A stretch of 64,000 nucleotides of DNA from Candidatus Latescibacterota bacterium (GCA_965248755.1 OZ252149.1:3392001-3456000); one strand, 5' to 3'; positions 10,040-20,170 are shown, counted from the first letter of the stretch. Program-made: numbers and translations. Notes: a model not told the origin generated them from the letters alone.

Positions 10040-10684
10040 TCAAAAGATCATTTGAGCGGTGGATAGAAAATAGAACCCCATTCCTATGAGAAAAATGCCG
10101 CAGCCAAAGATAAGGAATTTATAAACGCGGTCGCTCATGAAGCCCTTGCCGAAGGCTACAACAAAGCCTACAAGACAGTACCAGGAATAGTCCGAAAGTA
10201 TATGTCCTATGTAAAACGCCGCGCTTCCATCACTTCCGAAGCCCGAACTTTTGGCCTGAACTATGTATGTAGTCCCTACAGTAGCCCACCAGATGTGCCA
10301 GAAGGGATTAGCTATTGTAGCAACAGCTCCGGCAAGTAAGGGACCCATCTTCCGATTAGATCCTCTGCCTTCATCCAGTGATAAGACCGGTTTTCCGCGA
10401 AAGACCTCCGTGGCCATCGAGATTCCCATCCACAAGAGGAGTCCTCCGCCTAACAGAGATATCATCTTGCCGAATATGGGATCTTTCAGTATGTTAAACA
10501 CGCCCAAGGAGATGCCTATCACCCATAAGAGTTCTATCAGGGCGTGCCCCGATGAGACCAAAACGCTGGCTATAAATCCCCTCTTTAAAGTCTCGGCCAC
10601 AGTCACACCAAGGACCGGACCTGGCATGATTGCACCTGAGAAGCCGACCAGATATGATAGGAAAAAAATTTCAGGTAGCGTCAA
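10040..10684 (-). CDS. LysE family translocator
   Basis: 'GFSGAIMPGP', 'GHALIE', 'NPFW..WW' motifs; about 6 TM. Confidence 0.9.
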   Translation of the reverse strand: MTLPEIFFLSYLVGFSGAIMPGPVLGVTVAETLKRGFIASVLVSSGHALIELLWVIGISLGVFNILKDPIFGKMISLLGGGLLLWMGISMATEVFRGKPVLSLDEGRGSNRKMGPLLAGAVATIANPFWHIWWATVGTTYIVQAKSSGFGSDGSAAFYIGHILSDYSWYCLVGFVVAFGKGFMSDRVYKFLIFGCGIFLIGMGFYFLSTAQMIF

Positions 10685-10932
10685 ATTCGTCTGGTGCCTA
10701 TTTCCCTGTTTTTTATAGCTTTTTCGCTTGATATTCTCAATCTTAATTCATACATTATGCCTGAGTAAACTTGAATTACCTTTTGCTATCTATTCTTAAT
10801 TGTTTAGAAACTCAACAGAAAAGGCTTTGAGTCTGCTTCGGGGTTTGGCCCCTCGCAATGCCTGAAGGCCGAAGCCAAGCAACGTCATTGCGAGCAAAGC
10901 GAAGCAATCTCAATCCTGAAAGGAGAGTCGAA

Positions 10933-11607
10933 ATGATCCAGATAGAGGTTTTGGAATCTGTAAAGACCATCCTAAATCAGATGAGCGCGTTTTTGCCCAA
11001 ACTTATCGGTGCACTGGTCATCCTTATCGTAGGCTGGATCATAGCCAAGGTCGTTCTCGCCCTTGCGGTGAAGGGCTTGAAGCTCATTCGTCTGGATGTG
11101 TTAGTCGAAAAATCTGGCATAGATGAGTTTCTAAAACAGGGCGGTCTGCAACTGACGATGCAGGGGCTCCTTGCGGGTCTGCAATACTGGCTGATTATGC
11201 TTATTGTGTTTCTTGCAACAGCCAACAGCCTCGGACTTCAGGTCGCATCTGACTTGTTCAGCAAGATAGTCCTCTACATCCCGAACGTGATTGTTGCTGT
11301 TTTAGTTCTCATCGTCGGAACGTTCTTTGCCAGGCTGGTCAGAGGAGTCCTGTTGACCTATCTGAACAACGTCGGCATTGAAGGTGCAGCGACGGTCAGT
11401 ACTCTTGCCCAGTACGCTATCATCGTCTTTGTGACTTTCACAGCCCTTGAACAGTTAGCTATCGGTCGGGAGTTGATCGTATCAGCGTTTGAACTTGCCT
11501 TCGGCGCAGTCTGCCTGGCCTTAGCTCTGGCTTTCGGCCTGGGAGGTCGAGATTGGGCCGCAAGCATCGTTGAAAACCTTAGGAAGAAGAACGATGACAA
11601 GAAGTAG
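10933..11607 (+). CDS. CmpX-like / mechanosensitive-channel TM-helix repeat protein
   Basis: 'FLPKLIGALVILIVGWIIAK' and 'YIPNVIVAVLVL' repeats, 'LALAFGLGGRD'; RBS AGGAG before ATG 10933. Confidence 0.8.
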   Translation: MIQIEVLESVKTILNQMSAFLPKLIGALVILIVGWIIAKVVLALAVKGLKLIRLDVLVEKSGIDEFLKQGGLQLTMQGLLAGLQYWLIMLIVFLATANSLGLQVASDLFSKIVLYIPNVIVAVLVLIVGTFFARLVRGVLLTYLNNVGIEGAATVSTLAQYAIIVFVTFTALEQLAIGRELIVSAFELAFGAVCLALALAFGLGGRDWAASIVENLRKKNDDKK

Positions 11608-11760
11608 ACGGTGAGATTGGTTCGGGGCTCCACCTCCCCGCAATCACTGAAAGCCCAGACAAGCAAGGTCATTGCGACCCCGCCCCGATTGAATCTATCG
11701 GGGGTCAGTCAGTGGCAGGGTAGCAATCTCGCTGACAGTGGGAATCTGATCATCCTTTTA

Positions 11761-12615
11761 CTACGCCACGCAGGCAGACAGGTGCTTGAAGGCTATCAAG
11801 AGCCCTTCTTCCTCTCTATCGTCCCTGTAGACCGGATCGTGTCTGCCCTCTATGTCCAAATTTCCATCGTAACCCATCTCCACAAGAGCGGATATTAAGC
11901 TCGGCCAATCTACCTGTCCCAGTCCGGGCATTCTGTGGCGGACAGCTCCGGGTTCCAATATCCCATTCCTCTTTACATTCCGGTCTACTACCTCGGCGTC
12001 CTTGGCGTGGACGTGATATATCCTGTCTCCGAACTCATATACGATGCCTATGTAATCCATACAGAGACACACAGGGTGAGACGGGTCGTACTCTATCCCT
12101 AAAGCCTCTGATGGCACGGCGTCGAACATAAGATCCCAGGCTCTGGGAGTGTAGGCAATATTGATCCCCCTGAACGGGAAGTAGTGGAACATGGGACAGT
12201 TCTCAAAGCCTATTCTAAGGCCCTTGTCCTCCGCTTTCTTTGATAGAGGCTCATACACCTCCTTGAACATAGGGATGTTGTCGGGTATGTCCTTTTCGGG
12301 GTTCCTCCCTGCCAACGTGCGGAGAGTCTTGACCTCCATCTTCTCGCACAGATCCATCAGATTCTCAAGGTGATTTATATTCTGCTCCCTTTTTTGGCTA
12401 TCGGGGTCAAGGTTGTTGGAATAGTGACCTATCGCAGACACCTCGATTTCCCTTTTTGCTAAATCCTTCTTAGCCGATAGGATTGCCTTCTCATCGGTTA
12501 TCGCAGGATCAAAAGGTCCTCCCGGACGCACTATAAGCTCCATGCTCTTAAATCCGTTCTTCTGCATGAAATTGAGTTGATCTTTGTTATATTCCGCGAG
12601 CAGTCCGATCTTCAT
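11761..12615 (-). CDS. sugar phosphate isomerase/epimerase (xylose-isomerase-like TIM barrel)
   Basis: 'IGFENCPM', 'EYDPSH', 'HVHAKD', 'PGLGQVDW', 'LDIE'; start MKIGLL after RBS AGGAG. Confidence 0.88.
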   Translation of the reverse strand: MKIGLLAEYNKDQLNFMQKNGFKSMELIVRPGGPFDPAITDEKAILSAKKDLAKREIEVSAIGHYSNNLDPDSQKREQNINHLENLMDLCEKMEVKTLRTLAGRNPEKDIPDNIPMFKEVYEPLSKKAEDKGLRIGFENCPMFHYFPFRGINIAYTPRAWDLMFDAVPSEALGIEYDPSHPVCLCMDYIGIVYEFGDRIYHVHAKDAEVVDRNVKRNGILEPGAVRHRMPGLGQVDWPSLISALVEMGYDGNLDIEGRHDPVYRDDREEEGLLIAFKHLSACVA

Positions 12616-12806
12616 TGTCCGTCTCCTTTTGCTTCGCTCAAGGCGAGGTATTACCACAGCATCTAATTTAAACTTTTCGCAGATCAAAATCAAGGAATCT
12701 ATTGCATTGTTGTCCTTTTTCGGGTTGACATTCTCATCAGGAATGGATATATTCTGTTGTGCTAAGCTTAAGAATTGTTGCAAATTGCTGCTGTATAGGG
12801 GTGAAC

Positions 12807-13391
12807 ATGTTTCCTGAAGGCACTCGTTCTGAAGATACAGATAGAGCCAGCATTCCGAGGCGGAAGGCTATTGAACTGGCTGAAAAACTACAGCCCATAT
12901 TTGAGAAATATGCTTTGGAAGCGGATATAGGGAATGGCAAAAAGCAAAAGGCATATAAGATTGCCGGCAGCCTTCGCCGGAAAAAGGAGCTTGTCCACGA
13001 TGTGGACATTGTGGCTGTTATTCCCGATCGCCCCAGAGATATATTCAATCAGAATGACAATTCCCGCCAGCTATTTCGCGAAGAAGTTTCGAGAATAGCT
13101 GATAAAGTTGAAAAGTGGGGAGGTAATTTAGCATCGTTTGTGCTGGACAGTGTTCCATTTGATATTTACTTTGCCCACTCGAAGACGTTCCCAACGTTGC
13201 TCTTAATACGTACAGGGAGCAAGGAACACAATATCGGACTGGCAAAACGAGCGATTTCCCTGGGAATGCGGTTGAAGGCCAATGGCCAGGGTCTCGAAAA
13301 TAAGGACGGTGATCTAATAGAGATAAAATCAGAGGAGGAGATATTCGGACATTTGAATTTAGAATACAAACTCCCCGAAGATCGTGATTAG
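12807..13391 (+). CDS. minimal family X DNA polymerase / PolX-like nucleotidyltransferase (palm + thumb only)
   Basis: 'AGSLRR....HDVDIV' (DxD), 'FDIYF' third Asp, 'RTGSKEHN', 'SEEEIF..L.LEY..PEDR'. Confidence 0.85.
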   Translation: MFPEGTRSEDTDRASIPRRKAIELAEKLQPIFEKYALEADIGNGKKQKAYKIAGSLRRKKELVHDVDIVAVIPDRPRDIFNQNDNSRQLFREEVSRIADKVEKWGGNLASFVLDSVPFDIYFAHSKTFPTLLLIRTGSKEHNIGLAKRAISLGMRLKANGQGLENKDGDLIEIKSEEEIFGHLNLEYKLPEDRD

Positions 13392-13661
13392 GGCCTCATT
13401 TCTTAGTACCAGCGGAACACCATAAGAGTATAACGGCGATAAATGTTTGTGTTACTGGCCCGATTAGTTCGTAATGAGGCTTAGTCTTCAATTCTCGGAT
13501 TTCCGCAAATGTCTTTGAACTTGCGCGAAACTTGTGTATCTTTATTCATGGCAGTGTCTCTTCAGTTTTAGGCATTGTTTTTGCAATTATACAGCATGAC
13601 TGTTATATAATGTCCATACCGCTCCCCTTGACAGAGCGACAAATATTTCGCAAATTGGGGT

Positions 13662-13991
13662 TTGAGAAGGGAGGTCAAGGTGTCGAGCCCCGAAGTGAAA
13701 GATGGTAAGCGCTGGACGGCGACCCGTAAGGGAGAGATTGTGTTGGCTCTTTTGAGAGGAGCAGATCTATCTGAGGTGTGTCGTAAGAATGGAATTAGCC
13801 AGTCGCAGGCGTATGCTTGGCGTGATAGTTTCTTAGAAGGGGGCCAGGAGAGTCTGAAGTCTCGGCGTGGTCGCAAGGATCCGAAGGAGCGAGAGGTTAG
13901 CCGGTTGGAGCGCAAGGTAGGGCAGTTGACGCTCCAGTTGGAGATACTCGAAGAGGTAGCCCGTCTAAAAAAAACGAAGCGGTTGCCTTGA
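13662..13991 (+). CDS. IS3-family OrfA (HTH)
   Basis: HTH 'LSEVCRKNGISQSQAYAWRD' plus C-terminal leucine zipper; true start may be GTG 13680. Confidence 0.9.
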   Translation: MRREVKVSSPEVKDGKRWTATRKGEIVLALLRGADLSEVCRKNGISQSQAYAWRDSFLEGGQESLKSRRGRKDPKEREVSRLERKVGQLTLQLEILEEVARLKKTKRLP

Positions 13992-14851
13992 GTGGGCGGT
14001 TTTTGGGTCGAGGCTATTCCCGCAAGGTGGTAGCTTTGGCTTTGGGTTTGCATCGTTCGACTCTGTATAGGTTTAGGGATAGAGGTGTCAGTTCTTCTGT
14101 TAAAGAGCCTGTGATAGATGAGGAGCTTGCTTTTCGTATTCGAGGGATACTGGACCAAGAAGAGGCATTTGGTCACAGGCGGGTTTGGGCGCATCTTCGT
14201 TTCAAGGAAGGGGAATGTGTCAACGTTAAGAAGGTTCATAGGATAATGAAGCTTAAGGGGTGGCAGTGTAAGCTGTGGAATCGTCCCGGGAGAAAGGGGC
14301 CACAGGTTGCCCAGAAGCGTTCTGTGGTGGATAGTCCCGACAGTTTGTGGTCGAGTGACTTGACAAAGATTTACTGTGGAAAAGATGGTTGGTGTCCTCT
14401 TATTGCGGTGGTGGACAACGGAAGCCGGGAGGTTCCTGGGTATCGTTTTAGTCGAAAAGGGAGGGCACTGGAGGCCACAGATGCCCTGGATCGGGCCGTG
14501 ATCTCTCGATACACTTCCAAGGAGGCTGTCCCCCAGGGTCTCACTTTGCGCTCTGACAATGGTTCCATCTTTTTGGCTCGGGCCTATTTGGCCAGTACCG
14601 AATATTGGGGAATTCGTCAGGAATACATACCAAGTGGTAAACCCGATTGGAACGGTGTTGTAGAGCGTTTTTTCAGGACCCTCAAGCAAGAGTGTGTTTG
14701 GCTTCACAAGTTTGAATCCTTTGAACAGGCTGAGAAGATCATATCTCAGTGGATCGATAATTACAACAAGAACAGGCTTCATTCATCCCTGGGATATAAG
14801 ACCCCAAAAGAGTGGAGAAAACAATTTTATCTACTACCCCAGGTTGCTTAA
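13988..14851 (+). CDS. IS3-family OrfB DDE transposase
   Basis: WSSDLT, RSDNGS, NGVVERFFRTLKQE, YNKNRLHSSLGY; lies in -1 frame relative to orfA. Confidence 0.93.
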   Translation: MSGRFLGRGYSRKVVALALGLHRSTLYRFRDRGVSSSVKEPVIDEELAFRIRGILDQEEAFGHRRVWAHLRFKEGECVNVKKVHRIMKLKGWQCKLWNRPGRKGPQVAQKRSVVDSPDSLWSSDLTKIYCGKDGWCPLIAVVDNGSREVPGYRFSRKGRALEATDALDRAVISRYTSKEAVPQGLTLRSDNGSIFLARAYLASTEYWGIRQEYIPSGKPDWNGVVERFFRTLKQECVWLHKFESFEQAEKIISQWIDNYNKNRLHSSLGYKTPKEWRKQFYLLPQVA

Positions 14852-15231
14852 TTGGTGTCGCTTTCCTGGGAAGCAGTACATGTCTTAATTAATGCACTTT
14901 TTTTTATGAATTATTCTGGCCAAAGGGTGATAACAGTAGATAAATCGAGAATTGAATCTAACCAACGGTGGTTAGCCTAAATTAACATGAGGAGGAACGA
15001 ACGATGAAGTTCAGCTCGCAATAACTGTTTGACAGCTTAACTGCGGGCACTGATATCCTGATTACTGACGGGGTGAAAAAGGCAGGAAGGACAGATAGGG
15101 ACCCCCAAAGATCGCAGGTGACGCTCGCTATCCCAGATTGATTCTATCGGGGAAGAGCTTCTTGGGGAGAAATATGAGGGTCATTTCCGTATCACAACAG
15201 TTGTATTATTAAAGAGAAAGTGAGGAGCAGC

Positions 15232-16380
15232 ATGACAAAGTACCGGGGAGGAGTTATTGGGCTGGGATGGATGGGGATGCTCTACGACCTGGCTGCGCGA
15301 ATCGACGACTACTTCGACATCGATGATGTTGATCGTCCCACGCCTGAGCTGAATATTCACCGCAAATTCCACTACCACGAGCACCCTGGCAATGAGGGTA
15401 CGCCCAGCACCTACGCCGAGGCGCTGTGGGACCGCCCTGAGGTTGACCTTGTCGCCGGTGCAGACCGCGACCAGAAGAGGTTAAAGTCCTTCAAGGAGCG
15501 CTACGGCGCTGAGGCGCTCTACACCGACGCGGAGGAGATGCTTAAGAAGGAGAATCTGGACATTTTAGCAATCTGCACCAACACCAAGGGACGCGCTGAC
15601 CTGACCTGCCTGGCCGTCGAGTGTGGCGTAAAGGGGATCATGACGGAAAAGCCCATGGCGCATACTCTTGAGGAGGCCGACCGCATGGTCAAGACGTGCG
15701 CTGACGCCGGTGTGCCTCTCTGCTGTGGTGCTATCACCACCACTCATCCCTCTTTTGGCAGGGCAAAGGAACTGGTCACAAGCGGGGCTATAGGCGAGGT
15801 CGTCTCTATCGAGACGTCAGGTCCAACTTCGCAGCATCAGAACTGGTCCTACTTCGTGGAGAGTGCGCCCGCCTGGGTCATCGGTGTCGGGGACCCGGTG
15901 CGACGCGGACCGCGTATTGACGAATTCGGTATCCAAGCTGGGGTACCCGGTGGACCGGAAAACAGCAACGAGTTTGGGGGCGAAGGGATGATGGTTACCG
16001 TAGACGGACTGGTCGTTCACTTCCGAAAGGGGGCCTTTCCTGTCCGCGTGCACGGCACCGCAGGGGAGATAGTCCACTGTCAATATCCTACTGGATGGAG
16101 ACTGTGGAAGGACGTAGATACTCCGGGCGGTGGAAGGCGAGTGGAGATGCCGTGGCCGGAGCCACAGATGGTAGGTCCCTACGGTGCCGTTTACGGATTT
16201 GCCGACATCTTTGACTGCCTGAAAGGCAAGCTTGATGAGCCCAAGAACTCCGGCAGAAGGGTCGCTGTGGCTCTTGAGGTCGAGATCGCCCTAAAGCAGT
16301 CCTCGGCCCAGGGGAGCGTGCGCGTCGACTTGCCGCTTGATGACCGCTCGCTGGGACTTAATTACGAATGGTTTAGGTAG
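15232..16380 (+). CDS. Gfo/Idh/MocA family oxidoreductase
   Basis: GVIGLGWMG Rossmann motif, EKPMA. Confidence 0.88.
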   Translation: MTKYRGGVIGLGWMGMLYDLAARIDDYFDIDDVDRPTPELNIHRKFHYHEHPGNEGTPSTYAEALWDRPEVDLVAGADRDQKRLKSFKERYGAEALYTDAEEMLKKENLDILAICTNTKGRADLTCLAVECGVKGIMTEKPMAHTLEEADRMVKTCADAGVPLCCGAITTTHPSFGRAKELVTSGAIGEVVSIETSGPTSQHQNWSYFVESAPAWVIGVGDPVRRGPRIDEFGIQAGVPGGPENSNEFGGEGMMVTVDGLVVHFRKGAFPVRVHGTAGEIVHCQYPTGWRLWKDVDTPGGGRRVEMPWPEPQMVGPYGAVYGFADIFDCLKGKLDEPKNSGRRVAVALEVEIALKQSSAQGSVRVDLPLDDRSLGLNYEWFR

Positions 16381-16401
16381 GCGACACTGACAGTTTAGAC
16401 C

Positions 16402-17862
16402 CTATATGCTGCCAAAGAGTTTCTGAATCAGGCCCCATCCACTAATCCCGGCGAAGATGATTAGAATACCGGCCGACACGATAGCTCCTATCAGAATAGG
16501 GAGGCGCGTCCGATAAAGGGAAGGAAGTTTGAAATTCAGATACAGTGCAGCAAGCATGATAAGTGCTATGGAGAAGTTGGCCAGGATGAAGCCGGCAACC
16601 TGTGTGAGGATATCGAATGGGATGTTGAGCCAGACAAGGGTTGTCGCGGTAATGAAAATGTAGAGACACAGGAAGCGCTTGATTTTATCATAGTCCCATG
16701 TGCGGTGGGGCCACACAGCCTGAAGGAACTCCTGTATCACACGCGCATAGATTTCTGGCAGAGCTTGCAGCGTGCCCCAGAGAGCGGCGATGATACAGCC
16801 GTAATAGATCCACACCAGCGTAGGGTGGATGTTGCGCCAGACATGGGCCTGATTGGTGAGGAGGCTCCAGCCCTCAAATCGGGTTTCCAGCGGATATAAG
16901 ACCGCAGCACCAGATAACATAAACGCCGCTGTCACAATGAAAAGAACGATTGCGCCCATGCCGACATCCCACCGCAGGGGCGAAATCAGTCGCCGCAACT
17001 GGCTTGCCTGCTCGGGATCGTCGGGAAGATAGTCAATCGCATCGTGTGTAAAAGCATTTTGACGAATCGCTTCAATCTCTTTGTGGCCCGTCAGCCCCCA
17101 GCCGTGCAGTCCAATCCAATTGGCATAGACGATGTATGCCATCACCGAACCGCCGACGTAGCCGAAGGTTGTCGCCATCGTCAGCATCGGGTGTTTGATA
17201 GTATCTTCAGGCGCCCAAGGGGGGAATGGCGGCGAGTGTCCCAAACTGAGGCTCCCGACAATTGTCTGCCCGAAATCGGGACGCACCATCAGCGTGCCGA
17301 TAATCGTCCCCGTGACAAGAATTAGGCAAATCAAGATCTGCTGTTTCTCTAATCTTTCAAACGAAAGCCGCAAGCCGAACGTGAGGGCGAGGGCGATGAA
17401 GCAGGAAGTGAAAATGTTTTCCCAGATAGGTTCTGGAATAGACTTTGGCAGCTCTGCACCAAACAGAAAGTGAAATAGGGCGCCACATGGCTTAGCAATT
17501 GGAACCCAAGCCAGCGGAGCGCCCAGCATCTCAAAAGCTATAAGCGCAAGCAGCAGCCATCCCCGCGGCCCTGGCAGCCGCACTAGGCGATGTCCGATGT
17601 ATTCGCCGCTAATCGCCGTATAACGTCCCAGCAGGTAAGTGACGAACCCTCCCTTGATGACACAACTGAGCACCACAAGCCACAGCAGCCCATAGCCTGC
17701 CCATGCCCCCGCGCGAACCACGACAATCGTTTCGCCCGCCCCGATGCTGACCGAAGCTACCATTGCCGCAGGTCCGAAAACCGCGCATAGTCCTATTAGT
17801 TTCTTCACCGACCACGGCCTGGCAAAAACGCCCCTGATCGGCGGGATTTCTACCTTCCTCAT
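16402..17862 (-). CDS. NRAMP/APC-superfamily transporter
   Basis: 'GPAAMVASVSIGAGE', 'GYGLLW'; about 11-12 TM. Confidence 0.75.
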   Translation of the reverse strand: MRKVEIPPIRGVFARPWSVKKLIGLCAVFGPAAMVASVSIGAGETIVVVRAGAWAGYGLLWLVVLSCVIKGGFVTYLLGRYTAISGEYIGHRLVRLPGPRGWLLLALIAFEMLGAPLAWVPIAKPCGALFHFLFGAELPKSIPEPIWENIFTSCFIALALTFGLRLSFERLEKQQILICLILVTGTIIGTLMVRPDFGQTIVGSLSLGHSPPFPPWAPEDTIKHPMLTMATTFGYVGGSVMAYIVYANWIGLHGWGLTGHKEIEAIRQNAFTHDAIDYLPDDPEQASQLRRLISPLRWDVGMGAIVLFIVTAAFMLSGAAVLYPLETRFEGWSLLTNQAHVWRNIHPTLVWIYYGCIIAALWGTLQALPEIYARVIQEFLQAVWPHRTWDYDKIKRFLCLYIFITATTLVWLNIPFDILTQVAGFILANFSIALIMLAALYLNFKLPSLYRTRLPILIGAIVSAGILIIFAGISGWGLIQKLFGSI

Positions 17863-18414
17863 CTTTTTCTCTTCAAAAATAGTAGATCGGACGAATTATT
17901 CACCCATCCTGATCTATCGGTTGGAGGAAAATGTGGACACGCTGACAAAGGGCTCAGGCATAGACATCACATAGTGAAATCAGACTAAGCCCGGGTTACT
18001 GTCAGGGTCATCCAGTCTTATTCCTGGAGGTACACGAGTACTGAATCGAAAACGGTGAAGGATCGGGGCCCCATGGAAACCAGCGTGTTGCTGGTAGATC
18101 TTTCGGTGGAGGGGCGCGCAGTTCCCTCGCCCGAAAGGCTGGTTAATCCAGCCTGCATATCATCTATTACTATATTTTGGTGCCACTTCTTTGCATGGTA
18201 TCTGTAGCTAAGTATCAGATCTCGATAGTCTGGAGGTGACTGTCGAGATCCAAGACAGAAGACAGCACACAGGAAGTGGCAACCTCCAGATAGATCCCCA
18301 TTCAATTACAGCCGCTAGGTTTTATCAAGATACTCAGTTAGAGATCGAATGGGAAGTGTGGCAGCTTCTTTCGAGCGCGCATCAAAGCATTTAGAGTGCG
18401 CAGCATTGTCTAAC

Positions 18415-19866
18415 TTAAAGTCCTCTTGTATACGCGCCGTATTGGACGATGATTTCTACGTCTTCTACCGTCAATGCTGCTATGAAGTCGGTGGGCTGCT
18501 CTTTCAATACTATCTCCAGCAGGTTCCGACCTTTCTGAGGGCGCACTGCTTCCAGATCAAATGCCAGCCATTGGCCCGCGTACGCATCGGGCCGTTTGGG
18601 GAAGGTGCGCTTGCAGAGTTCCTCTGCCAGGGACTCCCCGTTCAAAAAAATCTCGAGTTGGTGCACCGCCATCAGGTTGTTTATGTAGATTTTGAGCTGA
18701 ACACTCTGCACGCGGTCGTTCTGGATATCGTCGGCGATGGAAAAGGGAAGCTGATAACGTTTCTCCGGATCAACTGAAGGGATTTCAAGCGGCAGGGTGG
18801 CCTCGTAATCGTGCTTGTCGGCCGACTCGCAGCGCCGGCGGAGGAAGTAGTGCTTGTCAGCTTCTTTTACCAGCTCGGGGTCTCCAAGTTCCGTGAGGGT
18901 GCTGCGCTCCACATCCCCCAGGGGCCACTCCAAAAACCAGGTGTAGATCCCGTCCACGTCCAGCTCCCAGAAGTTGGCGGCAGCGGCCCGCATCATAGCC
19001 GGGGAAGCGTGCACAGTCGAAGAGCCTTTGCGGTTCGGGTCAGAGTAGTAGGGCCCCAGCATGGCGTAAACTGAAATCTCGTTTTCGTGGGCCGCCTGCA
19101 CTACCCAGTCGATGGGCATGTTGGCGTCCAGGTAGAAGTCCACATATAGCATAGGAACCACAAAGTCCACCAGCCCCTCGCTCAGCCAGGTGTGAACGTC
19201 CAACCCCGACTTCAGATTCAGCTCCTCTGTGGGATATACACGCGCACCCACCAGGCCGGGCTCACCTGACCGGTTATGGACCATCTCAGCCACTCTGCGC
19301 ACGAAGTCGGTCATCACTGACGTGTGTTCCGATGCTTCCTCGGGTTTGAAGCAGAAGGCACTTCCACCCGGGGCTGCCGCAAAGTCCAGCTCCACACCCT
19401 CTACCGGATACTGCGTGGCGAGCTCCTCAAGTACGGCGAACTGGTGATCGCGCACCTCCGGGTGAACGTACCCCTTCCCCTCTGTCGGCACTGAGTACCC
19501 AGAGGGCATTCCTGGCAGCCCGCCCATACGCAGGCTGGAGAAAAAGTCCATGCCTTTCTCGTGAGCCCGGTCGATCAGCACCTTCAGTGGATCTAGGCCG
19601 AGGTCTATCAGGCTCTGCATATTGTGCCATACGCGCCAGTAAGCCGACAGATCAAAACCTTCCTTGCCTTCACCGAACCTGAGACCCACTTTGGAAGGGT
19701 AGAAAAGGCCATCATCCCGCGATACCCCGTAGATGAAGGTGTCGACGGCTGTGCCGGCAACCTCGTCAATGGGTGCCCAGGCATCTTCTGACCGGAACGG
19801 GGGGTCGTAAATGAACAGATAGTAGTGGCGAGCATCATTGAAGTAGATCGTCCTGCGGCGTCTCAT
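18415..19866 (-). CDS. glycoside-hydrolase-like TIM-barrel protein (GHL10-like), paralog A
   Basis: 'YFNDA', 'AHEKGMDFFSSLRM', 'PEVRD', 'GVELDF', 'WLSEGLVD', 'DGIY'; C-terminal beta domain. Confidence 0.7.
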   Translation of the reverse strand: MRRRRTIYFNDARHYYLFIYDPPFRSEDAWAPIDEVAGTAVDTFIYGVSRDDGLFYPSKVGLRFGEGKEGFDLSAYWRVWHNMQSLIDLGLDPLKVLIDRAHEKGMDFFSSLRMGGLPGMPSGYSVPTEGKGYVHPEVRDHQFAVLEELATQYPVEGVELDFAAAPGGSAFCFKPEEASEHTSVMTDFVRRVAEMVHNRSGEPGLVGARVYPTEELNLKSGLDVHTWLSEGLVDFVVPMLYVDFYLDANMPIDWVVQAAHENEISVYAMLGPYYSDPNRKGSSTVHASPAMMRAAAANFWELDVDGIYTWFLEWPLGDVERSTLTELGDPELVKEADKHYFLRRRCESADKHDYEATLPLEIPSVDPEKRYQLPFSIADDIQNDRVQSVQLKIYINNLMAVHQLEIFLNGESLAEELCKRTFPKRPDAYAGQWLAFDLEAVRPQKGRNLLEIVLKEQPTDFIAALTVEDVEIIVQYGAYTRGL

Positions 19867-20034
19867 GGCAAGTAGTCCTTTCTCTTAGAATTATGAATAG
19901 GGTCTCGTTTCTATTCTCATCTAAACGCAAATATACCTTTATACAAACAATTTAGCAAGAAAAATTCTTGCAGACTAACTACGTCTTAAAAGGGGACAAT
20001 TTACAACGATTCTGGACTCATGAATTTTGCTGAC

Positions 20035-20170
20035 GCATATTGGTTCCATAGCAGTGTCACGCAGCCTGGTGATATGAAAGCGCAACTGGGACAACGCTGA
20101 AACTTATGCCTACAAACACGGTTTCGGCAGACTTAATCACAATGAAAAGATCATATTTTTTTGTATGACA
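20035..20170 (+). pseudogene. remnant paralog of the 22748-24373 gene
   Basis: Translates LVI*KRNWDNAETYAYKHGFG versus LLIWKYNWDGAATYAYKHAFG in the intact gene. Confidence 0.75.

Larger units (their letters stand above)
13615..14880 (+). mobile_element. IS3-family insertion sequence, copy 1 (1266 bp), TSD TGTC
   Basis: orfA + orfB (DDE); imperfect IRs CATACCGCTCCCCTTGACAGAGCGACA / TGTCGCTTTCCTGGGAAGCAGTACA; TGTC at 13611-13614 and 14881-14884. Confidence 0.95.

Noticed and set aside
12616..12783. N-terminal extension of the isomerase ORF
   Set aside because: A good RBS precedes ATG 12615; the extension has no isomerase features.
13568..14782. 404-408 aa minus-strand ORF in each IS copy
   Set aside because: Antisense shadow of the transposase; no recognisable motifs and its stop falls in variable flanking DNA.
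14957..14978. ATCTAAC..GTTAGCC attC-like boxes
   Set aside because: Only 8 nt between the boxes and no L boxes; far too short.
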